Part shown: positions 49,267-58,240 of the stretch, one piece after another | Position numbering within the stretch: the stretch's first letter is position 1 | Layout: the number at the start of each line of letters is the position of its first letter | Assembly: GCA_963698145.1 (NCBI GenBank) | Contig: CAVOPQ010000001.1 | Span: forward strand, 283,385-347,384 | From: an uncultured Acidobacteriota bacterium | GTDB taxonomy: Bacteria > Acidobacteriota > Terriglobia > Acidiferrales > UBA7541 | DNA length: 64,000 nt | Direction of reading: 5' to 3' | Made by a program: the position numbers and the translations under genes | The notes under the pieces: generated by a model | Database searches by the model: none | The model's input: the letters and a program-made list of their open reading frames with translations, nothing else | Told to the model about the DNA's origin: nothing

Positions 49267-50367
49267 TTAGTGCCCGGATGGTTTGGCTGGGAAATCTGTC
49301 TTTGCCGCGCCGGGCAATTTGCCCGCCGCCTCGATAATTTGCTGCGCCAGATAATTCGTCACGCGTGAGTCATCGCGCGCGATCGTGAGGTAAGCCGCCC
49401 GCAACAGTTGTTCCTTGTGATTGCGCAGCGTGTCGCGAATCGTCTGCTGGACTTGCGGATCGGAAATATTGCGCTGTCCAGGCGATTCCCTCGAGATAAG
49501 CTTCAAAATCACGATGCGCGGCCCGTCCTTCGATTGGATCGCCACCGGTTGGCTCACTTGCCCCGCCTTCATTCCCATCACAAACTTCTTTAGCGTCGGA
49601 TCCGACTGGTTTAGGGCCGATTCCGGCACGTATCCCAGGTCCCCGCCCATTGCCGCGGAGTTCATATCCTCGGAATAGTCCATCGCCAGCTGGGCGAAGT
49701 CGGCGCCGCTGTTCAGCTTGTCCTCGAGCATTTTTACCTTGCGCTGCGCCTCGACCTCATTGGTCGCATCGTCATTCTTGAGGTTGCGGATTTGTGGTTC
49801 CTTGCGCGGTGTCACGACAATCTCGGATATCCGGTAGCGCGGCTCCATCACATTGAATTGCGCTTTGTTCGCGTTATAAGAGTCAGTGATGTCTTGGTCG
49901 GTGATCGTTATTTTCGCCACCACTTCGTGGTTCAATAGCTTGGTGATGGAAAGTTGTCTCCGCAGGTCGCTTTTCAAGTCGTCCACGGAAACGCCGCGTT
50001 CTTTCAGTTGTCTTTGGAATTCATCCTCGGTGTAGGGGCTCTTCAGCTCGGTGAATTTGTCTTCCACTTCGCCGTCGCTCGCTTCCAGGTTTAGCTTCTT
50101 GGCCCGCTCCAGCAGAATCTCATTATTGATGAGTTCGTCCAGAACGTTCAGCTTCAGCGAAAGCGCTTCTTCCTGCGAAGGCGCTTGCCCCTCCGGATTC
50201 ACCCTCGTTCGGTAGTACTTATCCACGTCGTCGCGCTTGATCTCTTGCCCGTTTACCACCGCCCATACGTCCGGCGAAGGCTGCGTCTTTTGCTTGCAGC
50301 CTGCGCCCATCGCAAGCGCCATGGCAGCCGCAGGCAACAACAATGCCGCGCGCGCCATGCCCTTCAT
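49267..50367 (-). CDS. SurA/PrsA-like parvulin peptidyl-prolyl isomerase lipoprotein
   Basis: Lipobox GAGC, AVVNGQEI, DFAQLAMDYSED, GGDLG. Confidence 0.88.
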   Translation of the reverse strand: MKGMARAALLLPAAAMALAMGAGCKQKTQPSPDVWAVVNGQEIKRDDVDKYYRTRVNPEGQAPSQEEALSLKLNVLDELINNEILLERAKKLNLEASDGEVEDKFTELKSPYTEDEFQRQLKERGVSVDDLKSDLRRQLSITKLLNHEVVAKITITDQDITDSYNANKAQFNVMEPRYRISEIVVTPRKEPQIRNLKNDDATNEVEAQRKVKMLEDKLNSGADFAQLAMDYSEDMNSAAMGGDLGYVPESALNQSDPTLKKFVMGMKAGQVSQPVAIQSKDGPRIVILKLISRESPGQRNISDPQVQQTIRDTLRNHKEQLLRAAYLTIARDDSRVTNYLAQQIIEAAGKLPGAAKTDFPAKPSGH

Positions 50368-50428
50368 CGGGCCGTGCGGGCGCGCAGCCACACTCTTTTT
50401 CGCATGCGCCGGATTCAAGATGGAGTGC

Positions 50429-50620
50429 TCAGGCAGCTTTCTTGACGCGGCCCAGACGGATGCAGGCCGTGCAAACTCGAACATGCTTCCTCGCGCCGTC
50501 CACCACCGCGCGGACGCGCTTCAGGTTCGGATTCCACCGTCTCCGCCGCGTATTATTCGCGTGACTGATTACGTTGCCAAAGTGCGGCCCTTTGCCGCAA
50601 AGTTCACACTTCAGTGCCAT
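50429..50620 (-). CDS. rpmB: 50S ribosomal protein L28, Zn-ribbon type
   Basis: CELCGKGPHFGNVISHANN...WNPNL...VCTACI. Confidence 0.96.
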   Translation of the reverse strand: MALKCELCGKGPHFGNVISHANNTRRRRWNPNLKRVRAVVDGARKHVRVCTACIRLGRVKKAA

Positions 50621-50692
50621 TGTTCTTCCTACTCAGGCCGTCTTGTCCAGCCGGAAATTTTGCCTTGATGAAGTCGCAATACTGAGCCTCCC

Positions 50693-50720
50693 ATTCTAAC
50701 AGACGCCCCACCCCCGTCAA
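50693..50720 (-). promoter_or_regulatory. Putative sigma70 promoter of rpmB
   Basis: TTGACG-16bp-TAGAAT with extended TG. Confidence 0.6.
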
Positions 50721-50888
50721 AGCCCGCCTTTTTGCTCGATGTTGGGTCAGTTCGAGAACAGAGGACCGCGGCGCCAGTGGGCCATTTCCAGGTCCGCCGA
50801 AATCCAGGACGCATCCGTTTCAGTCCCTGCGGTGTGGTACTATGCGCCAATCTCGGGAAAGCAAGCCGCAGCCTCAGCAGGGGTAAAA

Positions 50889-51671
50889 ATGGCGACATCG
50901 GAATCCGTGCGGCCGCCGCTGGGAGCTAGCCTCCCAAGCTCTGCCTCGTCCGTCCCAGTCACGAGGGTTACTACGCGGCACTCTGCCCTCGTCCGCGTCA
51001 CTCATTGGATCACCACACTGTGCTTTCTTGCCCTGCTCCTCACCGGAGCTGAAATTGTGATCTCTCATCCGCGCTTCTATTGGGGCGAAACCGGCAATGT
51101 ATTGACCACACCGTTGTTCAAACTACCGATCCCTTCCTCGAGGCACTTGGTGCCGACCGGCTACGGCTACGTACTCCCGGACCAAAACGGCTGGAGCCGC
51201 TACCTCCACTTTCAAGCTGCCTGGATTGCCGTATTGACCGGCCTACTGTACATAATCTCCATTTTGTTTTCAGGGCACTTACGGAAAAACTTGCTCCCGG
51301 ATAAGGCTGCTCTTTCGTGGCGGGCGTTCTCGACCTCAATCGCCGATCATTTGCGCTTCAAGCGCCCGAGTGCGGCCGAAGCCTGGTCGTATAACCTGCT
51401 CCAGCGGCTTAGCTATCTGTTCGTGATCTTCGCTCTATTTCCCTTGGTAATCTGGACGGGCTTGGCCATGTCCCCCGCCTTTGTTTCCGCGGTTCCGCTG
51501 ACCGTCACTTTGCTGGGCGGCCAGCAATCCGCGCGCACGCTCCACTTCTTCGTTTCTTTGGCTCTCGTGCTCTTCCTTCTGGTCCACATCATGATGGTTT
51601 TTCTTGCCGGTTTCAGAAGCCGCATGCGAGCGATGATCACGGGCCGCGCCGATCATAAGGAGCGCACATGA
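50889..51671 (+). CDS. Cytochrome b/b6 domain membrane protein
   Basis: VRVTHW, LHF, YNLLQR, ARTLHF, LVHI heme histidines. Confidence 0.88.
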   Translation: MATSESVRPPLGASLPSSASSVPVTRVTTRHSALVRVTHWITTLCFLALLLTGAEIVISHPRFYWGETGNVLTTPLFKLPIPSSRHLVPTGYGYVLPDQNGWSRYLHFQAAWIAVLTGLLYIISILFSGHLRKNLLPDKAALSWRAFSTSIADHLRFKRPSAAEAWSYNLLQRLSYLFVIFALFPLVIWTGLAMSPAFVSAVPLTVTLLGGQQSARTLHFFVSLALVLFLLVHIMMVFLAGFRSRMRAMITGRADHKERT

Positions 51672-52426
51672 GCAATTTCTCGCGACGCAAGCTGATCACC
51701 ACCGGAGTCGCGGCCGCAGCGGGTGTGTCAGGCCTGGGCGTGGCCGCGCGCCTTGCGCAAAAGTATGGACTCGTCCCGCCCGATCACAGCGGAATCTACG
51801 GCCTCGGCGAAACTCTGACCTATGCTTCCCAGCGGCTTCTGACGAAGCACTCGCTGGCCCGCGAGTTCCATTCCAGCCAAATTTCCAAGCCTCCCCTCGC
51901 AAACGAAATGGCTCCTTTGCCTGACCCCTTCAGACGCCTTCAGGCCGGAGGATTCGCTGACTGGCGGCTCTCCATCGACGGCCTCGTCGATCGGCCCGGC
52001 TCGTTCTCACTCGCCCAACTCAAAAGTTACCCGACTCGCAGCCAGATCACCATGGTGCAGTGCGAAGAGGGCTGGTCCTACATCGCCGAGTGGATCGGCG
52101 TGCCTCTCTCCCACGTTCTCGGCCTCGTAGGCGTCCACCCGCACGCCCGCTACGTCGTCTACTTCTCCTTCCAGCCCGACTGGTGGGATAGCATGGACAT
52201 GGCCGATGCCTTGCACCCTCAAACCTTTCTCGTCTACGGCATGAATGGCGGTGAACTTCCCGTTGGCAACGGCGGCCCGCTGCGCATGCGCGTCCCCCGC
52301 CAGCTTGGCTATAAAAACGTCAAATTCATCACCCACCTCACGGTCACCGACAACCTGAAAACCTTCGGCAAGGGCCTAGGCTCCGCCTCTCCCGAAGGCG
52401 GCTACGCCTGGTACGCCGGCATCTGA
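51668..52426 (+). CDS. Tat-exported molybdopterin oxidoreductase, sulfite oxidase/MsrP family
   Basis: SRRKL Tat motif, CEEGWS, GGPLRMRVPRQLGYKNVK. Confidence 0.88.
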   Translation: MSNFSRRKLITTGVAAAAGVSGLGVAARLAQKYGLVPPDHSGIYGLGETLTYASQRLLTKHSLAREFHSSQISKPPLANEMAPLPDPFRRLQAGGFADWRLSIDGLVDRPGSFSLAQLKSYPTRSQITMVQCEEGWSYIAEWIGVPLSHVLGLVGVHPHARYVVYFSFQPDWWDSMDMADALHPQTFLVYGMNGGELPVGNGGPLRMRVPRQLGYKNVKFITHLTVTDNLKTFGKGLGSASPEGGYAWYAGI

Positions 52427-52444
52427 AAGGCAGTAATACCGCGC

Positions 52445-53738
52445 GGGTAGCGTAACGTCTTTTGTGTAAATTCCGGTTTTGAGCGAAAAAAAGGGCGTAC
52501 TTTCCTTTGGAGCGCGAACTCACAGAGGAGGTACACCCTAATGCGAGAACTGGAAGTCCTCGTGGATGGTCATCTTAAGCTGGACCTGGCCGACTGCCAA
52601 GAATTCTTTGAACAGGACCTTGCCGAGCACGTGCGTTCCGCAATCAAACGGCTGATCGAGCAGGCTTTGCTGGCCGAGCGCGACCGCCATCTCGACCTCG
52701 GCTACTACGAGCACGCTCCCACCGCCCGTCTGGACTACCGCAACGGCTACTACTTTCGCGATCTCACCACCAAGCTGGGCGTGCTCTGCCGTCTGAAAGT
52801 TCCCCGCACCCGCGGCGGGTTTCGCTCCCAATTCCTTCCGCGCTATCAGCGCCGCCAGCAAGACGTCAACGAACTGGTGCTCCAGGCTTTTCTGCGCGGC
52901 ATCTCCACCCGCCAGGTCGGCCAAGTTCTCGAACCCTTTCTCGGAGAATGCTATTCCGCGCAGACCATCTCCAACATCACCCGCCAACTGGACCACGCCG
53001 TCGCACAGTTCCATCGCCGCGCCCTGCGCGACGACTACCTCTACCTTTTCCTCGATGGCGTGTCGCTCAAAATGCGCGATCTCTCCGCTAAAGTCCGCCG
53101 CCGCATGGTGTTAGTGGCCTACGGCGTGCTCCCCAACGGCAAGCGCGAAATTCTCGACTACCACTTCGCTCACGGCGAAAGCGAAGCCGCCTGGCTGGAG
53201 TTTCTGCAAGGGCTGTTCCTGCGCGGCCTGGAAGGAAAACATCTCCGGCTAATCGTCACCGACGGCGGCAAAGGCTTGCGCGCCGCTTTGCCGGTGGTTT
53301 TTCCACGGGTGCCCATGCAACTCTGCTGGGCTCACAAGATGCGCAACATCGCCAGCAAAGTCGGCCGCCAGGACGGCTCCTGCGTAGCCGAAGCCTCCGC
53401 CATCTACCGCGCCAGCAGCAGGAACGAAGCGCTACGCGCCTTCCGCCAATGGAAACAGCACTGGGAGCAGCGCCGGCCCACCGCTGTGGCTTGCGTCGAG
53501 CACAACCTGGACGCGCTATTGAATTTTTTCAACTTGCCGGAAGCGCACTGGAAAAAACTGCGCACCACCAACGTGATCGAACGCGCCTTCCGTGAAGTGC
53601 GCCGCCGTACCCGCCCCATGTCCAGCTTCACCAATCTCGAAAGCTGCGACCGCATCATCTACGGCGTCCTCTCGCACCTGAACAGCTCCTGGGAAAGAAA
53701 ACCCTTTTTCAAATTTACACAAAATCCTTGACGGTACC
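52445..53738 (+). mobile_element. IS256-family insertion sequence, intact, with 8-bp target duplication
   Basis: 27-bp imperfect IRs (GGTAGCGTAACGTCTTTTGTGTAAATT vs GGTACCGTCAAGGATTTTGTGTAAATT); TACCGCGC at 52437-52444 and 53739-53746. Confidence 0.93.
52541..53731 (+). CDS. IS256-family DDE transposase
   Basis: RNGY, VPRTR, GISTR, LFLDG, VTDG, QLCWAH, TTNVIER, EVRRR. Confidence 0.95.
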   Translation: MRELEVLVDGHLKLDLADCQEFFEQDLAEHVRSAIKRLIEQALLAERDRHLDLGYYEHAPTARLDYRNGYYFRDLTTKLGVLCRLKVPRTRGGFRSQFLPRYQRRQQDVNELVLQAFLRGISTRQVGQVLEPFLGECYSAQTISNITRQLDHAVAQFHRRALRDDYLYLFLDGVSLKMRDLSAKVRRRMVLVAYGVLPNGKREILDYHFAHGESEAAWLEFLQGLFLRGLEGKHLRLIVTDGGKGLRAALPVVFPRVPMQLCWAHKMRNIASKVGRQDGSCVAEASAIYRASSRNEALRAFRQWKQHWEQRRPTAVACVEHNLDALLNFFNLPEAHWKKLRTTNVIERAFREVRRRTRPMSSFTNLESCDRIIYGVLSHLNSSWERKPFFKFTQNP

Positions 53739-53746
53739 TACCGCGC

Positions 53747-54027
53747 TTTTTTCTTGACAAACTGTTACTCCTGGCATATAGTAGTCCTTGGATACTATTG
53801 CGTCCTTTCCCCGTAGCGCCAGCATCTTGCTGGCGTTTTTGCTTTTTGGCGTCCGCTATTCGACCTAAGCCTTTTATTCGCAACACTTACAAGACCTGCA
53901 CAATTTTAGGGCAAATTGCGGCACTCAAGTCCTTTTGAATGAACACTTGCGTAAACCTGTAAAAACAACTGACTTTATCTATCTTTAGAATGAACACTTA
54001 CGAAAAAAGGGGAGGGGGGCCCCCCTC
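53747..54027 (+). repeat. Dispersed non-coding module, copy B
   Basis: TTGACA-17bp-TATAGT (53754-53782), GTAG hairpin 53813-53847, TGCACAATTT 53897, 24-bp units at 53866, 53926 and 53977, G-tract. Confidence 0.85.
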
Positions 54028-54042
54028 TGGGGGTGTTCACAG

Positions 54043-54340
54043 TATCTGTCAGGTGGCGGGAGATGGGGGGAAATGGAAGTAAGTCGAGGGAATTGTTGTT
54101 GTTGCGCGCCGGAGGCGCGTTTGTGAACGAGTCAGCGAGTGCCCATGCTATTTGTCAGGACGGAGCAGATTTCAGTAGGATGGATGCTCAAAATAAAAGA
54201 GTTATACGCTTCAGGCGCGAAATCCAACTGAAATCTGCTCCGAAGAGTGCCGAGAGGCATGTAAGTACTAGAGAACATGAGCTTAATCCAACTGAAATCC
54301 GGTCATCGCGAGAAAATCCAACTGAAATCCTACTGAAACG
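54043..54340. repeat. Putative transposon-end binding-site array
   Basis: TAT(C/T)TGTCAGG at 54043 and 54149; 19/20 inverted repeat at 54161-54180 and 54223-54242; AATCCAACTGAAATCC at 54285 and 54315. Confidence 0.8.
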
Positions 54341-54396
54341 ACAACCGGTCGATTTGGGGTCATTTCGAGGCGGTCAGCTGAGCCGTAAGAAGGGAG

Positions 54397-55107
54397 TTAG
54401 CCCCCTCCCTCGGAACCCTTCAGAAATCGGACCAGTGAGGCGCGCTCGATCCTCCACCAGCCACGCGAAGAGCTACGCCGCGCCCCGATTGCGCCTCGCT
54501 CGACCAGGCGCAGCATCGTATCGTGCGAGAAGCCAGCGACCTGCGCAGCAGCACCAACACTCATCGTCTCTTGCGCGCGAGCGCGATTTTGCCGCGCCTC
54601 TTCCATCGCTTCCTGAATCACTGGCTCTTGCTTCGCGGAAACAGCCGCCTTCACCTGCACGCTGGTGACTGGCGCTCTATACAGCGCGGCGTCGAAGCTC
54701 TCTTCCTCTTCCACCTTGGGCGGGAGTGGATGTCCCAAAAAACATCGACGGCATAAGTTCAGGCGATACTCCGGCATGACGCGCCTGCGCCTTTCCCAGT
54801 GTGCTGCACACGCGCCGCGCGGGCAAGGTGCCAGCTCGATCGTCGGCACAGCGCGCTGCTCTTCTGCGCTTTCCAACTCACCGGCAGACGCGCTCGCGTT
54901 CGGATTGGCTTCACGCCATTGGATGATGGAAGCTGCCTCGATTATCCAATGCAGCCCAGAGCGACTACGCTGGGCGCGGAGCGCGCCTGCCTGGCAAAGT
55001 CGATCCACTTCGGCTGGCGAAACTCCTAAACACTTCGCCGCAGCGCCGACGTTCACCATTTCGCGCGGCGGCTGCTCCGCGAGCTGCGACGCTTTCGGTT
55101 CCTCCAT
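54397..55107 (-). CDS. Protein with two excisionase-like HTH domains around a four-Cys segment
   Basis: VNVGAAAKCLGVSPAEVDRLCQAGAL and MSVGAAAQVAGFSHDTMLRLVERGAI; CPRGAC...CRRC. Confidence 0.75.
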   Translation of the reverse strand: MEEPKASQLAEQPPREMVNVGAAAKCLGVSPAEVDRLCQAGALRAQRSRSGLHWIIEAASIIQWREANPNASASAGELESAEEQRAVPTIELAPCPRGACAAHWERRRRVMPEYRLNLCRRCFLGHPLPPKVEEEESFDAALYRAPVTSVQVKAAVSAKQEPVIQEAMEEARQNRARAQETMSVGAAAQVAGFSHDTMLRLVERGAIGARRSSSRGWWRIERASLVRFLKGSEGGG

Positions 55108-55350
55108 TCCGATTTGCGCAGAATAACTCACGGGCGAGTCCTTCGGCGACGGCTGGTGAAGATCAAGACATTTGGAACGAACGAGGGGTGAGTCAGTGCT
55201 GGCAGGACGCTCGGACAGCGGTGCATTTTTGAACGGTGTCAGAATATCAGATTGGATGACCGAAAATCGACAAGAGTTCCTAACCGAAACCATAGGAAGG
55301 AAACGGCGCAAACACCGCACCGCCACGCCTTCTCCATTATCGGAATCCGC

Positions 55351-55438
55351 GCGGAGGGGCTTTTTGCGGAGACTACGAGTTTTTCAACGGTGCGGAGTTG
55401 GCGGAGGGCTTTTTGCGGAGACTCCGAATTTTCAACGG
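55351..55438. repeat. Direct repeat, about 39 bp, two copies at 50-bp period
   Basis: GCGGAGGG(G)CTTTTTGCGGAGACT(A/C)CGA(G/A)TTTT(T)CAACGG at 55351 and 55401. Confidence 0.85.
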
Positions 55439-55449
55439 ACTGCTGATTT

Positions 55450-55884
55450 TCATTCAGTCAGCGGAGGTCGTTTTTTTAGGAGCTTCCCGGCGCGCCCCGT
55501 TGCTTTCTTTGTTTTTGGGCGATGTGCTACGGGGAGGCCAAGCATGCTCGCCACCATTTCGGGGGATACGCCGGGGAAGACGGACCATTTTTTGCTCCGC
55601 GCATAAGCTAGCATTGTCCTCATCGCCTTGCGCTCCTTCTCTTTGTGGTCTGGATCGTAGCCGCGCCAGATGTTGATGATCTTGCCGCCTCTCTGCACTT
55701 CAAACCAGATAATTTCGCCGTTCTCATCGAACAGCAACGTACCAGAGAGCGCCTTAACCAGTTCCTGAGCGGAGATTTTTTCCAGCCTGCGCCACCGACC
55801 GAATATGTTGGACGGTACTAGCTGCTTGATGAGCCACATTTCCCCACCACGCGCGTCGTTGTCATTCTTCATGTTTTGCCTCAC
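55450..55884 (-). CDS. Hypothetical protein of the Mu-like element
   Basis: 144-aa ORF overlapping the upstream stop codon. Confidence 0.6.
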   Translation of the reverse strand: MRQNMKNDNDARGGEMWLIKQLVPSNIFGRWRRLEKISAQELVKALSGTLLFDENGEIIWFEVQRGGKIINIWRGYDPDHKEKERKAMRTMLAYARSKKWSVFPGVSPEMVASMLGLPVAHRPKTKKATGRAGKLLKKRPPLTE

Positions 55885-56277
55885 TTTCCTAACGTTGAAG
55901 CCTCTTTCTTCTTACACATCAAATCCGCCCACTCTTGGGCGTACTTTTGCTTCGTTCGCCGGGCGGCCCGGAGCCACTTTCGCGCCCTTGCAGTGAGGTC
56001 GGACTCTTTCACCAGGGGAAACGTTTCGTCCGCGTCGTCTTCGTTCCAGATGCGGACGCGGAAAGGCTGATAACTTGTTGCGGTTCGCGTAGGCGCGGAA
56101 GCGACAGCCACATTCCTGGCCGTCTATGCGCGCGGCGGCGCTACCCCACATGACTCGCGTCGAATCGTGCGGCCCATGAACGGTGATCTCCTGGTCGAGC
56201 CACAGGCCGCGCCGCATAAACTCGATTGCCCACGTCAGCCAACTTTCGCGGTCAAGATGTTTGTCTAATTCGGCCAT
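55881..56277 (-). CDS. Hypothetical protein, probably one gene with a frameshift near 56070
   Basis: ORFs 55912..56286 and 55881..56111 join; GAGG RBS before ATG 56277. Confidence 0.5.
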
Positions 56278-56287
56278 AGTCCTCACC

Positions 56288-56461
56288 TCACGGCGACTGC
56301 GTGATCGTGAAATCGTGCTGGCAGAATCTGCATTTCAGCGCCTCGTTCTTCACCCACTCCGCGCACTGCGGGCACTTTCGTTTGCCCTTCTTGGACGAAG
56401 GGACGACGATCGCAATCACGATGACGGCTAGAATGCCGAGCAGGACAATCACTATTTCCAT
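56288..56461 (-). CDS. 57-aa TM plus zinc-ribbon protein, absent from the ORF track
   Basis: MEIVIVLLGILAVIVIAIVVPSSKKGKRKCPQCAEWVKNEALKCRFCQHDFTITQSP; AGGAGG RBS. Confidence 0.75.
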   Translation of the reverse strand: MEIVIVLLGILAVIVIAIVVPSSKKGKRKCPQCAEWVKNEALKCRFCQHDFTITQSP

Positions 56462-56521
56462 AAAAACCTCCTTCGATGAAAGCTGTTCAGTCTACTCGCT
56501 TCAACTCCGCAGGCGCGAGCT

Positions 56522-57301
56522 TCACAATGCGGACACCTGGGCCGATGTTCGCGCCGTTTGGGGGGCGTCGAGCTTTTGAAGGTCGTAGTGGACAATGGTT
56601 CCGTGCATGTTGAGCCGCGCGTCTTCACTCCAAAACTCGCAGCGTCGCAACTCCTCCAGGTACTTGGCGGGATCGTACGCGATGAGCCAAAGTGGTTCGA
56701 AGGCTTTGTCAATCGCCAGGTGAACGGCGCGCTCCAGGAAGGACGCCTCTGCACTCGCGAAGCGAAGCCCGGTGTTGAAGAAGTCGTTCTCGATTTCCGG
56801 AATAAACCACGTCAGTCCGCTGACGTGTTTGTAATCCGCCAGCAACGTGCTAACTGGTACGCCGGTGATTCTTTCGGCCGCCCTGGCTGGCAAGATAAAG
56901 TGCAGGAGCAGATGAACGTGATCGAGATAGTCCATCATTCCGACAGGGAAGATTTTCTCACTGAGGCATTCCTGCCCGAGGTCGTAGCTTGGCGCTTGGC
57001 CCATCACCGCCTTCAGGTCCTTCACGATTCTTGCGTCCATCGGGCGGATGGCCTGAGAGGCGTGGTAGTGCAGATGTTCCCTTTTAAAGCATTTCTCCGC
57101 GATCCTCCTGCGACCCTGGAAATCTGCCTCTAAGAAGTTCCCCGCCTCGATTTCCAGGATATGCTCCGCGGCTCCATCCACCTCCGACGCGCCATTTCGC
57201 AAGCGAGCTGTCTCTTCAGCAACTGCGTCGGAAGTGAAACGTCGATGCTGCTTCCTTCGGTCTTTGATAGTTGTGCTGCGCCTTCTTGCCACGTTCTTCA
57301 T
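56522..57301 (-). CDS. Hypothetical protein with degenerate GH73/FlgJ glucosaminidase-like C-terminal domain
   Basis: LPARAAERITGVPVSTLLA, ENDFF, FASAEASF, DPAKYLEEL, IVHYDLQKLD. Confidence 0.55.
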   Translation of the reverse strand: MKNVARRRSTTIKDRRKQHRRFTSDAVAEETARLRNGASEVDGAAEHILEIEAGNFLEADFQGRRRIAEKCFKREHLHYHASQAIRPMDARIVKDLKAVMGQAPSYDLGQECLSEKIFPVGMMDYLDHVHLLLHFILPARAAERITGVPVSTLLADYKHVSGLTWFIPEIENDFFNTGLRFASAEASFLERAVHLAIDKAFEPLWLIAYDPAKYLEELRRCEFWSEDARLNMHGTIVHYDLQKLDAPQTARTSAQVSAL

Positions 57302-57372
57302 GTCGTTTCTCCTTTTGGGGCCACTCCCCGAAAATCAAAAACCCATCCTGCGGGTTGACGACCGCGTGTCCT

Positions 57373-57633
57373 TCAACAGATCACCAGTTTCAAATAGAGC
57401 TTGCCGTTCTTGCGAACAGGAAGCAGTTTGGCGGTGTGAACGCCCGGTTCGACTTTTACGCCGCGAGAGAGCGCGAGGGCGATTCCCTCTTCCATTTCAG
57501 CAAGCTCGCGGCGCTGCAAGAGAAGCATCTCAATCTTCAGTTGCTCGATGACGGGAGCATTCTCTTTTTTGGCTTTGAAGTGCCGCGACTTCAGAACGAC
57601 CAGAGTCCGTTTTCCTGTAACCAGCATTGGCAC
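57373..57633 (-). CDS. Small hypothetical protein
   Basis: 86-aa ORF co-oriented in the transposition operon. Confidence 0.55.
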   Translation of the reverse strand: MPMLVTGKRTLVVLKSRHFKAKKENAPVIEQLKIEMLLLQRRELAEMEEGIALALSRGVKVEPGVHTAKLLPVRKNGKLYLKLVIC

Positions 57634-57637
57634 CTCT

Positions 57638-58240
57638 TCACCCAGCGCGCATCAAATTAGTCGCTCCCGCGTCCGAGGCGGAAGATTTCTTTCTGTGGAG
57701 CATCGCCCGCAAAACCCAGATCGTGCGATTCGCTTCACCAAGCGTGCGTATGGCGTGGCTGCGCACGGGAGAGCGTTTGGAATGAAGAAACGAATCGAGC
57801 CTCTCGCGGCTCCAGCCGAGCTGCTCGCGCAGCCGGTTCAGCAATTCCATCGTCGGCGCGTCCACCATCTGAATTTGATTCGAGGGCTTGTTGCGCCGCC
57901 CAGCCGTCCCGTAGGCGTGCGCCAGGTCGCGATCCGGCCGCCGCTGGCAGGACTTCTTTGCCGGATTGACTTCCTGGCCGAGCGCGGTCTTCATCGTCTC
58001 GATGAGCTGCGCGGCTTCGTCAAGCTGAAGTTCGTTGAACGAAGAGAGCTCACGTCCAACGATGCCCGAAGCCCACGCCAGCCGTATGGTGCGCGCACCA
58101 TCGGTGCCAGCGCCGCTATCCGCCGCGTCCAGGAAGCGCGGAGCGTACAAACGGAAAAGTGAGTGCAGGGCGGTCAGCTGTGAAGGCGAAAGATGCTTTC
58201 TTATAGGCATGCCGTTTTTCTCCTCTTCTCGCGAACTCAT
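57638..58240 (-). CDS. GemA-like (DUF1018) phage regulatory protein
   Basis: SSFNELQLDEAAQLIE and LGWSRERLDSF...EANRTIWVLRAM pattern; ATGA-coupled to the ATPase. Confidence 0.6.
   Translation of the reverse strand: MSSREEEKNGMPIRKHLSPSQLTALHSLFRLYAPRFLDAADSGAGTDGARTIRLAWASGIVGRELSSFNELQLDEAAQLIETMKTALGQEVNPAKKSCQRRPDRDLAHAYGTAGRRNKPSNQIQMVDAPTMELLNRLREQLGWSRERLDSFLHSKRSPVRSHAIRTLGEANRTIWVLRAMLHRKKSSASDAGATNLMRAG

Noticed and set aside
55351-55490. Mini-CRISPR or CAST-type guide array
   Set aside because: Only about 10 bp between repeats, and no cas or tniQ gene in the window
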